Assembly (NCBI GenBank): GCA_963820825.1
Contig: CAWGBN010000009.1
Coordinates: forward strand, 261,967 to 325,966
Direction of reading: 5' to 3'
Source: Vulcanimicrobiota bacterium
GTDB lineage: Bacteria > Vulcanimicrobiota > Vulcanimicrobiia > Vulcanimicrobiales > Vulcanimicrobiaceae
DNA length: 64,000 nucleotides
The translations under genes were made by a program, and so were the position numbers. Of this stretch, positions 1-10,700 are shown piece after piece (within the stretch, counting starts at the first letter, position 1; each line of letters starts with the position of its first letter). The notes beneath the pieces are model-generated. The model was not told where the DNA came from. It saw nothing but the letters and a program-made list of their open reading frames with translations, and did not search any database.

Positions 1-75
1 AGCTCAAAGTGCTCGAAGCGGCAAAGGGCGAGTTGCGCGCCGCCTACGGACGATAGCTTTGCGCGAGCGCGGGCA

Positions 76-1260
76 ATGAACGTCCGCAAGCTGTTTTTGG
101 GCGCCGGCACCGGACTCGCCGCGGGCTACGCGGCGCTGCGCGCGATGCAGGCAGTGCGCGAGTGGCAGCGGCCGTCGCCGGCGCGAACGCCCGACGCGGT
201 GGCGTACGGCGCGATCCGCCGGAGGCTCGAAGTCGCCGAGACGCTGCGGGGAACGATCGGTTTTCTCGCCTTCGCTTACGGTCCGCTCGCGCGAAGGCTC
301 GACAGCGTCACCCACGGCGTGCCGGCCTGGCTGCGGCCGGCACTCTTCTTCGCACCGCTCTCGCTCGTCTCGTCGGCCGCCGATCTTCCGATATCGTTCG
401 TTGCGGAGTACACGCTCGAGCGGCGCTTCGGTTTGAGCGAGCAGACGCGACGCGCGTGGCTGGGCGAGTACGCAAAGAGCGCGCTACTCGGTACGGCCTT
501 GAGCGCTTTCCTCGCGACGCTGCTCGGCGAGGCGCTCCGCCGGGCGCCGCGCCGTTGGCCGTGGCTCGCGAGCCTCGGCACGCTGCCGCTCCTCGTCGCG
601 GGCAACGTCATCGTACCGCTCTACGTGCTCCCGCTCTTCAACAAGTTCGAGCCGGTGACCGGCTCGCTCGAAGAGCGTCTGCGCAAGCTCGCCAAGCGAT
701 TCGGCGTCGGCGACGCGGATATCTTACGAATGGACATGAGCCGGCAGACGCGCAAGGCGAATGCCTTCGTGACCGGCATCGGACGAACGCATCGAATCGT
801 GCTCGGCGACACGCTCATCGCAGCCTTTCCCGAGAACGAGACCGAGTTCGTCGTGGCGCACGAGCTTGGCCACTACGTCAACAAGGACACGTGGCGCATC
901 ATCGCGCTCGGCGAGGTCCTGGCGGCGACGCTCTTCTTCCTCGCCAACGCCGGCGCGTCGAAGCAGGTGCGCGAGGAACTACGCGACCGGCCGCTGCTGG
1001 TCGCACGTATATACGCGATCATGCTCGTCGCCACGCAACTCTTTCGACCGCTGCTCTTCGCTTTCTCGCGTTCGCGCGAGTGGGCTGCCGACCGCTTCGC
1101 GATCGCCGCAACCCGCGACCCGGCGGCCGGCGCCTCCGCGTTCCGCCGGTTACGCGATCAGAATCTCGCCGACGAAGATCCGCCGGCCTGGTACGAGTTC
1201 TTCTTCGCTTCGCATCCGTCGCTGCGCGCGCGCATCGCCGCGCTGGACCGCTCGGGCTAG
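76..1260 (+). CDS. M48 family (Ste24/HtpX-like) membrane zinc metallopeptidase
   Basis: HELGH zinc motif, ANAFVTG, SREWAADRFA and C-terminal SHPSLRARI motifs; several hydrophobic segments. Confidence 0.9.
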   Translation: MNVRKLFLGAGTGLAAGYAALRAMQAVREWQRPSPARTPDAVAYGAIRRRLEVAETLRGTIGFLAFAYGPLARRLDSVTHGVPAWLRPALFFAPLSLVSSAADLPISFVAEYTLERRFGLSEQTRRAWLGEYAKSALLGTALSAFLATLLGEALRRAPRRWPWLASLGTLPLLVAGNVIVPLYVLPLFNKFEPVTGSLEERLRKLAKRFGVGDADILRMDMSRQTRKANAFVTGIGRTHRIVLGDTLIAAFPENETEFVVAHELGHYVNKDTWRIIALGEVLAATLFFLANAGASKQVREELRDRPLLVARIYAIMLVATQLFRPLLFAFSRSREWAADRFAIAATRDPAAGASAFRRLRDQNLADEDPPAWYEFFFASHPSLRARIAALDRSG

Positions 1261-2675
1261 GGTAAGACCGCCGAGGGGCGAGTGCCAAGCCAAGCGGCGA
1301 GATCGGTGCGATTCGCGGACGAGCCGTCGCGAAGCTCGGCGCGCAGCTCGCCGAAGAGCCCGAAGCCTTCGGCGAAGGCGTCGTGCTTGTGGATCGACTC
1401 CTCGTTCACTTGACTTGCGAAGACAAAGGTCTCGTCGCCCAGGTCGGCATACATGTCGAGCGCGCGCGCGAGTATCCCGCGAACGACGTCTTCGACGAAC
1501 CGCGGATTGTGATGGGCCTTGTTGACGACGAAAAACTCGTCGGGGCGCTTCAGGAGATCGTAGGTCTCGCTCGACATCGAGTTCTCGACGATCTCGACGA
1601 GATCTTCGGCACGAATCGCTTCCGAGTGCGCTTCGTCGAGACCTAACAGAATCGCCCCACGGCCGCGCTGGTTGTGCGTCGCCACCGGGAGCGCGTCGAG
1701 CGCGCGCGCGGCATCGGATTCGCTGAACCCCGCGTCGATCAGCTCGGCCAGCGCGTGTTCGCGCACCATCGCTTGCGCGCAGGGACAGGCCGTCATTCCT
1801 TCGGCTTCCACGCCGATCACGCGGCGCGTGCCGTACGCGTCGGCGTGCGCGACCCCGACCAGCGTATAGGTCTCCTCGCCGCGCTTGCCGCTCACGGGCG
1901 TCCATCGTTCCAATCCGAACTCGGCACGCAGTCGCACGTCGGCGCGCACGGCGCGATGACTGCGCACGACCTCGCAGGCGATCGCTTCGACGAGACGCTC
2001 GATTCGAGCGGGCCGCACGTCGCGCGCCAAAACGTCGAGCGCCGCTTCTTCCAAGATCTCGGCGAAGCGCGACATATGCACGCCCGATTTGTCGGCCGCC
2101 AGATCGGCGACCATGGTGAACTCGCCGTTGTAAACGCGCGCGCGTCCGTCCACTTCCAAGTGCACGACGCGGCGCACCCGCGAGACGCCCGCCCGATTGA
2201 GCGCGAGCCGAACCTCGGGCGCCTCGGATTGCCGGTCGGTATCGAAGCGCAGCCCGCGTTCGCGCCGCCGGACGCCGCCGTTGACCGGCGTCGTGACGAG
2301 ATGCGGCGCGATCTCCGCGAGCGGCGCGAGATTATAGGGACGCCCTTCGAGATGCGGCTGCACGACGGTGCCGTCGTAGACGAGCAAATCGAGGTCGATC
2401 GGTCGCGGCTCCAGCTTGGCGCTCGAGCGTGAACGGCCTACGGCGAGCTCGACGTCGCGCGCAAACCGCCTGAATGCTTCGAGATCGAGCTCGGAGCGCA
2501 GCGCTGCGGCCACGTTGAGATAGGCGGGCCCATCGGCGCCGCCGGCCGCGGGCGACTCGTAGAATGCCGAGACCGCGGAGATCTGGGCACGCGCGCGCAG
2601 GCGTTGGAGCGCGGCGAGGATATTGCCCTGCCGGTCGCCGAGGTTCGAGCCGATTCCGACATAAAGGTCGTGCAC
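1257..2675 (-). CDS. folK-folE2: Fusion of HPPK (FolK) and GTP cyclohydrolase I type B (FolE2/MptA)
   Basis: GTG start at 2675 (MHDLYVGIGSNLGDR, FolK N-terminus), PRPIDLDLL FolK motif; C-terminal GVHMSRF, GMTACPCAQ, ATHNQRG, LLKRPDE, NPRFVEDVVR and ESIHKHDA FolE2/MptA motifs in one open frame. Confidence 0.88.
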   Translation of the reverse strand: MHDLYVGIGSNLGDRQGNILAALQRLRARAQISAVSAFYESPAAGGADGPAYLNVAAALRSELDLEAFRRFARDVELAVGRSRSSAKLEPRPIDLDLLVYDGTVVQPHLEGRPYNLAPLAEIAPHLVTTPVNGGVRRRERGLRFDTDRQSEAPEVRLALNRAGVSRVRRVVHLEVDGRARVYNGEFTMVADLAADKSGVHMSRFAEILEEAALDVLARDVRPARIERLVEAIACEVVRSHRAVRADVRLRAEFGLERWTPVSGKRGEETYTLVGVAHADAYGTRRVIGVEAEGMTACPCAQAMVREHALAELIDAGFSESDAARALDALPVATHNQRGRGAILLGLDEAHSEAIRAEDLVEIVENSMSSETYDLLKRPDEFFVVNKAHHNPRFVEDVVRGILARALDMYADLGDETFVFASQVNEESIHKHDAFAEGFGLFGELRAELRDGSSANRTDLAAWLGTRPSAVLP

Positions 2676-2738
2676 CGGCTCAACCTTCGCGCCGTGCTGC
2701 CGGAATTCCGCACGAGCGCCGCGTATCGTAGGCGGCGA

Positions 2739-3800
2739 GTGGAACGCGATACGATCTATCCCTACGTCCTCGATCCGAAGCTCACGACGCAGGTGTGGGG
2801 AGGCGACGAATTGGTTCGCCTCTACGGCAAGCACGGCGATCCGCAAGCGCGGTTGGGCGAGTCGTGGGAGTGCTGGGATACCGATCGCGTCGTCAATGGG
2901 GCATTGGCCGGTTCGAGCGTGGCCGAGCTGCGATCGAAGCTGGCGCACGAATTTCTCGGCGATCTCGACCCCGCGAAGATCTTTCCGGTGCTCACGAAGA
3001 TCATCACCGCACACGATTGGCTCTCGGTTCAAGTCCATCCCGACGACGCGTACGCGCAGCGTGTCGAGCATCAACCATTCGGAAAGACGGAGTGCTGGTA
3101 CGTGCTCGACGCCCAACCGAACGCGGAGATCGTCTACGGGTGGACGCGCGACACCTCGCGTGCCGAATACGAACGGCGCGTCGCCGACGGCACGCTCGGC
3201 GAGATCCTCCGTCACGTCACGCTCAAGAAGGGCGATACCGTCTACATTCCGCACGGCATGGTGCACGCGATCGGACCGGGACTGACGGTATTCGAAACGC
3301 AGCAGGCATCCGATTTGACCTATCGCATGTTCGACTACAACCGCGTCGGCCTCGACGGGAAACCGCGCGAGCTCCACGTACGCAAGGCCGCGGACGTTCT
3401 CGATTACAGCGCCACCACGACCGGCACGCTCGCTCAGATCTCGTACCGGTTCGAAGGGCTCGAGCGAACCGCGCTCATCGCCGACCAGCACTTTGTCGTC
3501 GAGCGAATCGTCGCCGGCAGCGAGCCGGCCTCGATGGCGACGCAGGGTCGTCCGCTCATTCTGATGTCGCTCGACGCGCCGCTCGAGGTGACCGCCGGCG
3601 AAACGGTAGCGAAGCTGACTCCCTATCAGACCACGCTGATCCCCGCCGCGGCCAAATGGTGCACCGTCGCGGCCACCGCGGGAGACTCCGCGCCGTTTAT
3701 GTTCGTAACACCGCCGGAAGACGGCGAGCGGCTTGCGGCACGCCTGCTCGCCGCCGGGATCGCTCAATCCGCGATCGACGCCTTCATGGCGCAGTTTTGA
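2739..3800 (+). CDS. manA: Mannose-6-phosphate isomerase, type I
   Basis: VWGG, GESWE, LSVQVHPDD, KTECWY, HAIG and ETQQASDLTYR motifs; GTG start inferred at 2739. Confidence 0.9.
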   Translation: MERDTIYPYVLDPKLTTQVWGGDELVRLYGKHGDPQARLGESWECWDTDRVVNGALAGSSVAELRSKLAHEFLGDLDPAKIFPVLTKIITAHDWLSVQVHPDDAYAQRVEHQPFGKTECWYVLDAQPNAEIVYGWTRDTSRAEYERRVADGTLGEILRHVTLKKGDTVYIPHGMVHAIGPGLTVFETQQASDLTYRMFDYNRVGLDGKPRELHVRKAADVLDYSATTTGTLAQISYRFEGLERTALIADQHFVVERIVAGSEPASMATQGRPLILMSLDAPLEVTAGETVAKLTPYQTTLIPAAAKWCTVAATAGDSAPFMFVTPPEDGERLAARLLAAGIAQSAIDAFMAQF

Positions 3801-3839
3801 GATGAATCCGGCCGGCGCGCTGCGGCGTTATAAATGTGT

Positions 3840-4334
3840 ATGACGCCGCAAACCGCGCAAACCGCAACCTTCGCAGCCGGTTGTTTCTGGGGGGTCGAAG
3901 ACGCCTTTCGCCGGATTCCCGGCGTGCTCGAGGCCGTTTCGGGCTATACCGGCGGGCAGGTCGATAATCCGACGTACCGCCAGGTCTGCGGCCACGCCAC
4001 CGGCCACGCCGAAGCCGTCGAGGTTACCTTCGATCCGCAACGCGTGAGCTACGACGACCTGCTCAAAGCCTTCTGGCAGATTCACGATCCGACCCAGCTC
4101 AATCGTCAGGGACCCGACGTCGGCGATCAGTATCGCTCGGCGATCTTCACCCACGGCGAGGAGCAGGAACGGCTTGCGATTGCCTCGCGCGATCGCGAGC
4201 AGAGCAATCACGCGCGTCCGATCGTGACGCAGATTCTTCCGGCACCGCGCTTCTGGCCCGCCGAAGAGTACCATCAGCGGTACTTCGAAAAGAATGGCGG
4301 CGCGTGCCACATCGTGCCGAACCTTTCGCGATGA
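3840..4334 (+). CDS. msrA: Peptide-methionine (S)-S-oxide reductase
   Basis: GCFWG active site, GHAEAV and AEEYHQRY; alternative start at 3834. Confidence 0.95.
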   Translation: MTPQTAQTATFAAGCFWGVEDAFRRIPGVLEAVSGYTGGQVDNPTYRQVCGHATGHAEAVEVTFDPQRVSYDDLLKAFWQIHDPTQLNRQGPDVGDQYRSAIFTHGEEQERLAIASRDREQSNHARPIVTQILPAPRFWPAEEYHQRYFEKNGGACHIVPNLSR

Positions 4335-4804
4335 AACGCGCCGAGTTCGCAGCGACGTTGGGCGGCCTCGCCATATTCGGATTGGCCGTACGCTGCGGCG
4401 CGGCGCAAAACTATGCGGTAGTCCATACCGACGCGCAATGGCGCGAGCTGCTCGGTCCGGAACGGTATGAAATTCTCCGCCAGGGTGGAACGGAGCCGGC
4501 CTTCTCGAGCCCGCTCATCAAGGAGTCGCGCGCCGGCGTCTATCGCTGTGCCGGATGCGGACTCGCGCTCTTCTCTTCGAAGGTCAAGTATGACAGCGGC
4601 GACGGCTGGCCGTCGTTCTGGGACGTGCTGGCAGACGCAACGCGCAGCCAATCCGACTACGCGCTGATCGAGCAGCGCACCGAAGTCCACTGCCGGCGCT
4701 GCGGCGGCCATCTCGGCCACATCTTCGACGACGGTCCGGCGCCGACGCACTTGCGCTACTGCATCGACGGCCTTGCGTTGCGATTCGTGCCGGGCACGGC
4801 GTAG
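4331..4804 (+). CDS. msrB: Peptide-methionine (R)-S-oxide reductase with N-terminal signal-like segment
   Basis: [22 protein letters not shown] and LRYCI motifs; ATGA overlap with msrA. Confidence 0.93.
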   Translation: MKRAEFAATLGGLAIFGLAVRCGAAQNYAVVHTDAQWRELLGPERYEILRQGGTEPAFSSPLIKESRAGVYRCAGCGLALFSSKVKYDSGDGWPSFWDVLADATRSQSDYALIEQRTEVHCRRCGGHLGHIFDDGPAPTHLRYCIDGLALRFVPGTA

Positions 4805-5572
4805 TTGCGCATTCTCATCACCAACGACGACGGAATCGATTCGCCGGGAATCCACGCGCTCGTCGACGCGCTAGTCGCCGATCACGCGTTGATCGTCGTC
4901 GCGCCGTCGGGAAACCGCAGCGGCGTCTCCCACGCGATCACTGCCGATGAGGCGATCACGATCGAGCGCCGGCACGACGCCTCCGTTCCATCATATGCAT
5001 GCTCCGGAACGCCGGCCGACTGTGTCTTTCTCGGTTCGACCGAGCTCGCGTCGCGTTCTGAGCTGGTCGTCAGCGGAATCAACCATGGGCCGAACCTTGC
5101 CGATGACGTCAACTACTCCGGAACCGTCGCCGGCGCCGTGGAGGCGTCGCTCCTGGGCATTCCCGCGCTCGCGGTCTCACTCGCGTCGAATCACGAAGAC
5201 CCGGCCGGCCGCCGCTACTGGGAGAGCGCCGCGGAGATCGTGCGGCGTTGCGTCGAAACGGCCTACGCGAACCTGCGCGACGGAGCTTCTTACTGGAACC
5301 TGAACGTTCCGAATCTGCCGCTCGATTCGATTGCCGGCATCGCCGTGACGCGGCTCGGGCGCAAACGGATCTGCGGGCGGATCGTCGGCCAAGAACACGA
5401 CGGGGCGATTCGTTACTATCGTGCTTGGGAGTCGCCGTTCGAGACGGATCGCGAAACGCTCGGCACCGATATCGGCGCCGTACACGCCGGCTATGCCAGC
5501 TTGACGCCGCTCTTGCTCGATCGCACCGCGGAGTCGGGACTCGACGCCTTGCCGGCGCTGACCATGCGGTAG
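4805..5572 (+). CDS. surE: 5'/3'-nucleotidase SurE
   Basis: ILITNDDGI, GTPADCV and VVSGINHGPN...YSGTV motifs. Confidence 0.93.
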   Translation: MRILITNDDGIDSPGIHALVDALVADHALIVVAPSGNRSGVSHAITADEAITIERRHDASVPSYACSGTPADCVFLGSTELASRSELVVSGINHGPNLADDVNYSGTVAGAVEASLLGIPALAVSLASNHEDPAGRRYWESAAEIVRRCVETAYANLRDGASYWNLNVPNLPLDSIAGIAVTRLGRKRICGRIVGQEHDGAIRYYRAWESPFETDRETLGTDIGAVHAGYASLTPLLLDRTAESGLDALPALTMR

Positions 5573-6420
5573 CGCTTGGGCAATCGCCGGCCCGCGATCT
5601 CGGCGACGGGTCCCAACCGATGCATAAGCTGTTCGAACTCCGCGCAGTTGAGCGACTGCGCTCCATCCGATAGCGCGTTTGCCGGATCCGGATGCACCTC
5701 GATCAAGAGTCCGTGCGCGCCCGCCGCGATGCTCGCAACCGCGATCGACGGAACCAGGCGCGCGATTCCGACGGCGTGCGACGGGTCGACGACCACCGGA
5801 AGATGGGTCATCTCTTCGAGCAACGGAACCACCGAGATGTCGAGAACGTTGCGCGTCGCCACGTCGAACGAGCGCACGCCGCGCTCGCAGAGCACGACGC
5901 CGTCGTTGCCTCCGAGCAGGATATATTCGGCGGCCAGCAGCCACTCTTGAACCGTCGCCGATAATCCGCGTTTGAGAAGCACCGGGGTGCGCGCGGCGCC
6001 AACCTCACGCAAGAGCGGAAAGTTCTGCATGTTGCGCGCGCCGATTTGGAGCATATCGGCGTAGCCCATCACCATCTCGACGTCGCGCGGATCCAGGACC
6101 TCGGTCACGACGCCCAACCCGTACCGGTCTCCCGCGTCGCGCAGCAGCTTGAGCGCCTCTTCGCCGAGGCCTTGAAACGAGTACGGCGAGGTACGCGGCT
6201 TGAATGCGCCGCCGCGCAGCACGTTTGCGCCGGCTGCGGCGACGGCACGCGCGGCGGCTTCGAGTTGCTCGGCCGATTCGACGCCGCACGGACCCGCGCA
6301 GATCGCAACCTCGTCGCCGCCAAACGTCGCACCGTTGCGAAGCCGCACGACCGTCCGCTCGGCCCGTGCGTCGCGACGGACCAGCCGATACGATTGCGGC
6401 ACGTTGACGCCTCGCTCCAT
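5491..6420 (-). CDS. aroF: DAHP synthase type I-beta, lacking N-terminal regulatory domain
   Basis: AGPCGVES, RGGAFKPRTSPYSFQG, QIGARNMQNF, LLKRG, DPSH and EVHPDP..SDG motifs; start ATG 6420 inferred. Confidence 0.92.
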   Translation of the reverse strand: MERGVNVPQSYRLVRRDARAERTVVRLRNGATFGGDEVAICAGPCGVESAEQLEAAARAVAAAGANVLRGGAFKPRTSPYSFQGLGEEALKLLRDAGDRYGLGVVTEVLDPRDVEMVMGYADMLQIGARNMQNFPLLREVGAARTPVLLKRGLSATVQEWLLAAEYILLGGNDGVVLCERGVRSFDVATRNVLDISVVPLLEEMTHLPVVVDPSHAVGIARLVPSIAVASIAAGAHGLLIEVHPDPANALSDGAQSLNCAEFEQLMHRLGPVAEIAGRRLPKRYRMVSAGKASSPDSAVRSSKSGVKLA

Positions 6421-6493
6421 GCGGCCCGCTTCGACGCCTCGCAAGGGCTTCATCCTGCTGCTCGCGGCAGGCCGCAAGCGTGGCGCTGCATGA

Positions 6494-7715
6494 ATGAGAA
6501 TGCCAATGGAGCACGTGGCCGTTACGGGGCTGGGGATCGTTTCGCCGATCGGCAGCACCACCGAATCGTTTTGGCGCCATTTGCTCGCAGGAAGGCTCGC
6601 GATCGCTCCGATGGGCGGCCGCGAGCGTCTCACGGGCAACGGCTTCTGGGCCGCCGTGGGCGACGACTTTCTTCACGCGAGCGCGCTGCCGCGCGCCGCG
6701 TTGCGCAACACCGACCGTTTCACGCAGTACGCGATGGTCGCAACGCACGAGGCGCTCGCGCAGGCGGCACTCGATCTGCCGGCCGATTCGACGGCGGTGA
6801 TTCTGGGCAACACGATGGGCGGCTTTCCGTTCGTCGCCGAATCGCAGACGCGGTTTCTGGACGCGGCGCGCAACGTCACGCCGAAACTCATGGCCCTGGT
6901 CATCCCGAACATGGCGAGCGCGCGCATCGCGATGCATTGGGGAGTTCACGGCCCGCAGCTCGCAATCAGCACCGGCCTGCGCCTCGTCGCTCGATGCGAT
7001 CGGCCTCGCAGCGGGAATGATCGAACGCGGCGAGATCGAGGCGGCGATCGCCGGCGGGAGCGAGACGCTGCTCAGCCCGCTCGTTTACGAGAGCCTCGTC
7101 CGCGCCGGCGCGCTTTCGCGCAATCCCGACCCCACCGGCGCCTCGCGCCCGTTCGACGTCGATCGCGACGGTTTCGTGATGGGAGACGGAGCCGGTATCG
7201 TGATTCTCGAGCGCAGCGAACGCGCGCGAGCGCGTGGCGCCGCGATCCTCGCCCGAGTTCGGGGATATGGTTCGCGCGCGGATGCTTACCACATCACCTC
7301 ACCCGAACCGTCGGCTCGCTACGAGGTGCGCGCGATGCGCGACGCGATCGAAACCGCCGGCGACGCCGGCGCGGCCTGCCGCGTCGTCTACGCGCACGCC
7401 ACCGGCACGATCGTCGGCGACGCCGCCGAATCGAAGGCGATCGATGCCGTCTACGCCCAGCAGCCCGCGATCGTGACCTCGATCAAGGGGCACCTCGGAC
7501 ATAGCATGGCGAGCGCCGGCGTGATGTGCGCGATCGCCGGCATCAAGGGGATGCACGAAGGCTGGATTCCACCGACGCTGGGAACGCAACGCGTCGATTC
7601 GAAGACGCGCTTCGATCTCGTGCTGCGGGAGCCGCGTGCGGAATCGTACTCCGCCTTTCAAGTCAACGCGTTCGGATTCGGCGGACAGAACGCGTCGCTG
7701 ATTCTCTCGCGATGA
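6494..7715 (+). CDS. Beta-ketoacyl synthase (FabF-like), one +1 frameshift near 6974
   Basis: VAVTGLGIVSPIG, DRFTQYA and IPNMA; removing one G at about 6974 restores STACASSLDAIG; SRPFDVDRDGFVMGDG, HATGT, KGHLGH and NAFGFGGQN motifs. Confidence 0.88.
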
Positions 7716-7782
7716 CGCCGAGCAGGGCGCTTTCAACCGCACTAGGAAGGTTCCGGGCGGTTTCTACCGAGGTGCGACGCCG

Positions 7783-10700
7783 ATGAATCTTTTCGTGAAA
7801 GGCACGAGCGGGCCGTTGACCGGTGAGGTGCTGGTCCCGAACTCAAAATATCACGCGCACCGCGCGTTGATCCTGGCCTCGCTCGCGCCGGGAACGAGCC
7901 GGATACTCGGCCTCTCCGACGCTCGACACGTGCAGTACACGATGGACGTACTGCGCGCGCTCGGCACGAAGATCGAGGTCGACCAAGATACCTTGCTCGT
8001 CACCGGCGGTCGCTACCACGTCAAGCGCAAGGTCGTCTCCGTCGGCAGTTCCGGCTCGACCCTCTACTTTATGATCGGATTGGCCGCGCTCGCCGACGCG
8101 CCGATCACCTTGACGGCACAGAAGTACTTCCGCCGCCGTCCCGTCGGGCCGCTGTTGGAAGCGTTGGCGGCGATGGGCGTGCGATTCGAGTCGGCAGACG
8201 GCTGTCCGCCGATCGCGGTTCAGCCCGGAGACCGCGCGGCGGCACGATCGTCATCCCGGGGATGCTCTCGCAGTGGATCTCCGGCCTGCTGCTGCTCGCG
8301 CCGTTTGCGACGGAGCCGACCGTCATCGAAGTCGAAGGCGAGCTCAACGAGCGCCCGTACATCGCGCTCACCATCGCGATGATGCGCACCTTCGACTTGC
8401 AGGTGCGCATGGCGCCGAATTGGCGCCGGTTCGAGATCGAACCGGGACAGCAGGCACGGCCGGCGACCGTCGAGCTTCCGCCCGACATCGGCTCGGCCGC
8501 GTTCGGCCTCGCCGTCACCGCGATCCATCCGTCGAACGTGCTCTTTCGCGGCTTGCACCAGCTCCCCGGAGAGCTGCCCGACCATCCCGAGGGCGCGTTC
8601 ATGGAGATCGTTGCCGAGATGGGCTTGCCGATGAGCTACGATGCGCACGAGAAGGCCGTACGCGTGAAGCACGACGGCATCGAGCTTCGCGGTATGCGCG
8701 TCGATTGCCGCGACATTCCCGACATGCTTCCGATTCTCTCGACCCTCGGCACCTTTGCAAAGGGGGAGACCGTCCTGGAGAACATCGCGCACGTCCGGCT
8801 CAAGGAATCCGATCGCGTCGCCGCGATGCTGCAGCTCAATCTCATGGGCGGAGATCTCGAGCTGCACGACGACCGGCTCGTCGCACGCGGCGTTTCGAAA
8901 CTCTTCGGAGCGCGGCTCTCCTCCTTCAACGATCATCGAATTGCTGATGTCACTGGCGGTGGCCGCGTCGCGCGCCGAAGGATCGAGCACGCTCACCTAT
9001 CCCAACGCATACCGCATCTCCTATCCGCGCTTTCTCGAAGCGATGCGCAGCATCGGCGTGCCGATGTCGATCGCCAAGGTCCCCGCGAGCGGAGAGGTCA
9101 CCGCACCGAAGGCGGCCCGGCCGATGCTCAAACCCGATCGCGCGGCCGAGATGACGCTCGACGAGCTGCTTCGCCGCCTCGCGCGCGAGCGGCCGCTCGA
9201 ACTCGCGGTCGTCGAGACGCGCGACGAAACCGATGCGGCGCTGACCTGGCAAGAGCTGCTCGATCGCGTCGAACGCACCGCGATGTTTCTGTTCGATCTC
9301 GGCGTGCGTCCGGGCGAGTGCGTCGCTTATCAGCTCCCCAACTGCATCGAGTTCGTCGTGATCTCGCTGGCTGCGCTGCGGATCGGCGCGATCTGCTGTC
9401 CGCTGATGCCGATCTTCCGCGAGCGCGAGATGGCCTTCTGCCTGCGCCGTTCCGGGGCGCGCGTTCTCGTCGTGCCCGACGAGGCGCGCGGCCGCCATCC
9501 CGCCGGCGAGATTGCGTCGCTGTTGAGCGAGGCTTCGATCTTCAGCGGCGCGCTTCCATTGCGCCTCGAGCACGTCATCGTCTCGGCGAGCGGGCGCCGC
9601 GCCCATCCGTTACCGGCGGCCGATAATGCGAACGGCAGCGTGAACTGGATTCGTCTCGAAGATGCGCTCAAAACCGTCAGCGTGGATGCGCAAGCGCTCG
9701 ACGCGCGGCGCGTCAAACCGGCCGCGCTCGCGCAGCTCCTCTTCACCTCGGGAACCTCGGGCGAACCGAAAGGCGTTCTCCATCGCAACGACGTGCTGAT
9801 GCGCGCCGCCGCAATGGAGGTCGAGCACCTCGGGCTCAACGCGGAGGACCGCGTCTTCGTCCCCTCCCCGCTCGCCCATCAGACCGGTTTTCTCTACGGC
9901 ATGTGGCTGGCGATCGTCATGGGCGTCCCCCAGATCGTGCAACCGATTTGGAACGCGCCTCGCGCGTTGCGCGCGCTCAACGATTGGGACGGAACGTTCG
10001 TTCAGGCGGCGACGCCGTTCTTGGCCGATATGGTAAAGGCCGTCGAGGATGGCGCGCTGCCGCCCGCGGCCCTGCGGATATTCGTCGCGACGGGCGCGGC
10101 GGTGCCGCGCGGACTCGCCGAGCGCGCGACGCGCATTCTCGGCACCGCCGTCTGCGGCGCGTGGGGAACGACCGAATCGTGCCTCGGCTCGCTCTCGGCG
10201 CCGGGCGATGAGGCCGCAAAGGTCTGGGGGACCGACGGCCGCGCGCTGCGCGGAATTCGTTTGCGCATCACCGATTCCGAGGGCCGCATCTTATCGCCGG
10301 GCGCGGAAGGACACTTCGAGATCTTCTCGCCGACGATGTTCGAGGGTTACGCCGATCACCCCGAGTGGACGGCGGCAGCCTATACGCCCGACGGGTGGTT
10401 TCGCACCGGCGATCTCGGCGCGATCGACGAATCGGGATACATCCGCATCACCGGCCGCGTTCGCGACGTGATCAATCGCGGCGGCGAGAAGATTCCCGTC
10501 GCCGAGGTCGAGCAGCTCCTGAGCGACCATCCGGCAGTCGCGCAAATCGCAATCGTTGCGATGCCCGATCCGCGCTTAGGCGAGCGCGCCTGCGCGTTCG
10601 TCGTCTTGCGGCGCGGTGCGACGCTCGATTTTGACCGGATGCAGCATTATCTCGACGCCTGTCAAGTCGCCAAGCAGTACTGGCCCGAGCGGCTCGAAAT

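Noticed and set aside
2676..3767. N-terminal extension of the 836 aa ORF 1257..3767
   Set aside because: It is the antisense shadow of manA; the FolK domain starts at 2675.
6970..8945. Programmed ribosomal frameshifts in the KS and AroA-like genes
   Set aside because: No slippery heptamers are present; the indels fall in conserved motifs and similar indels occur across the window, so assembly error is more likely.
7783..9070. Housekeeping aroA
   Set aside because: Substrate-binding motifs are altered and the domain is fused to a CoA ligase, so no aroA symbol was assigned.
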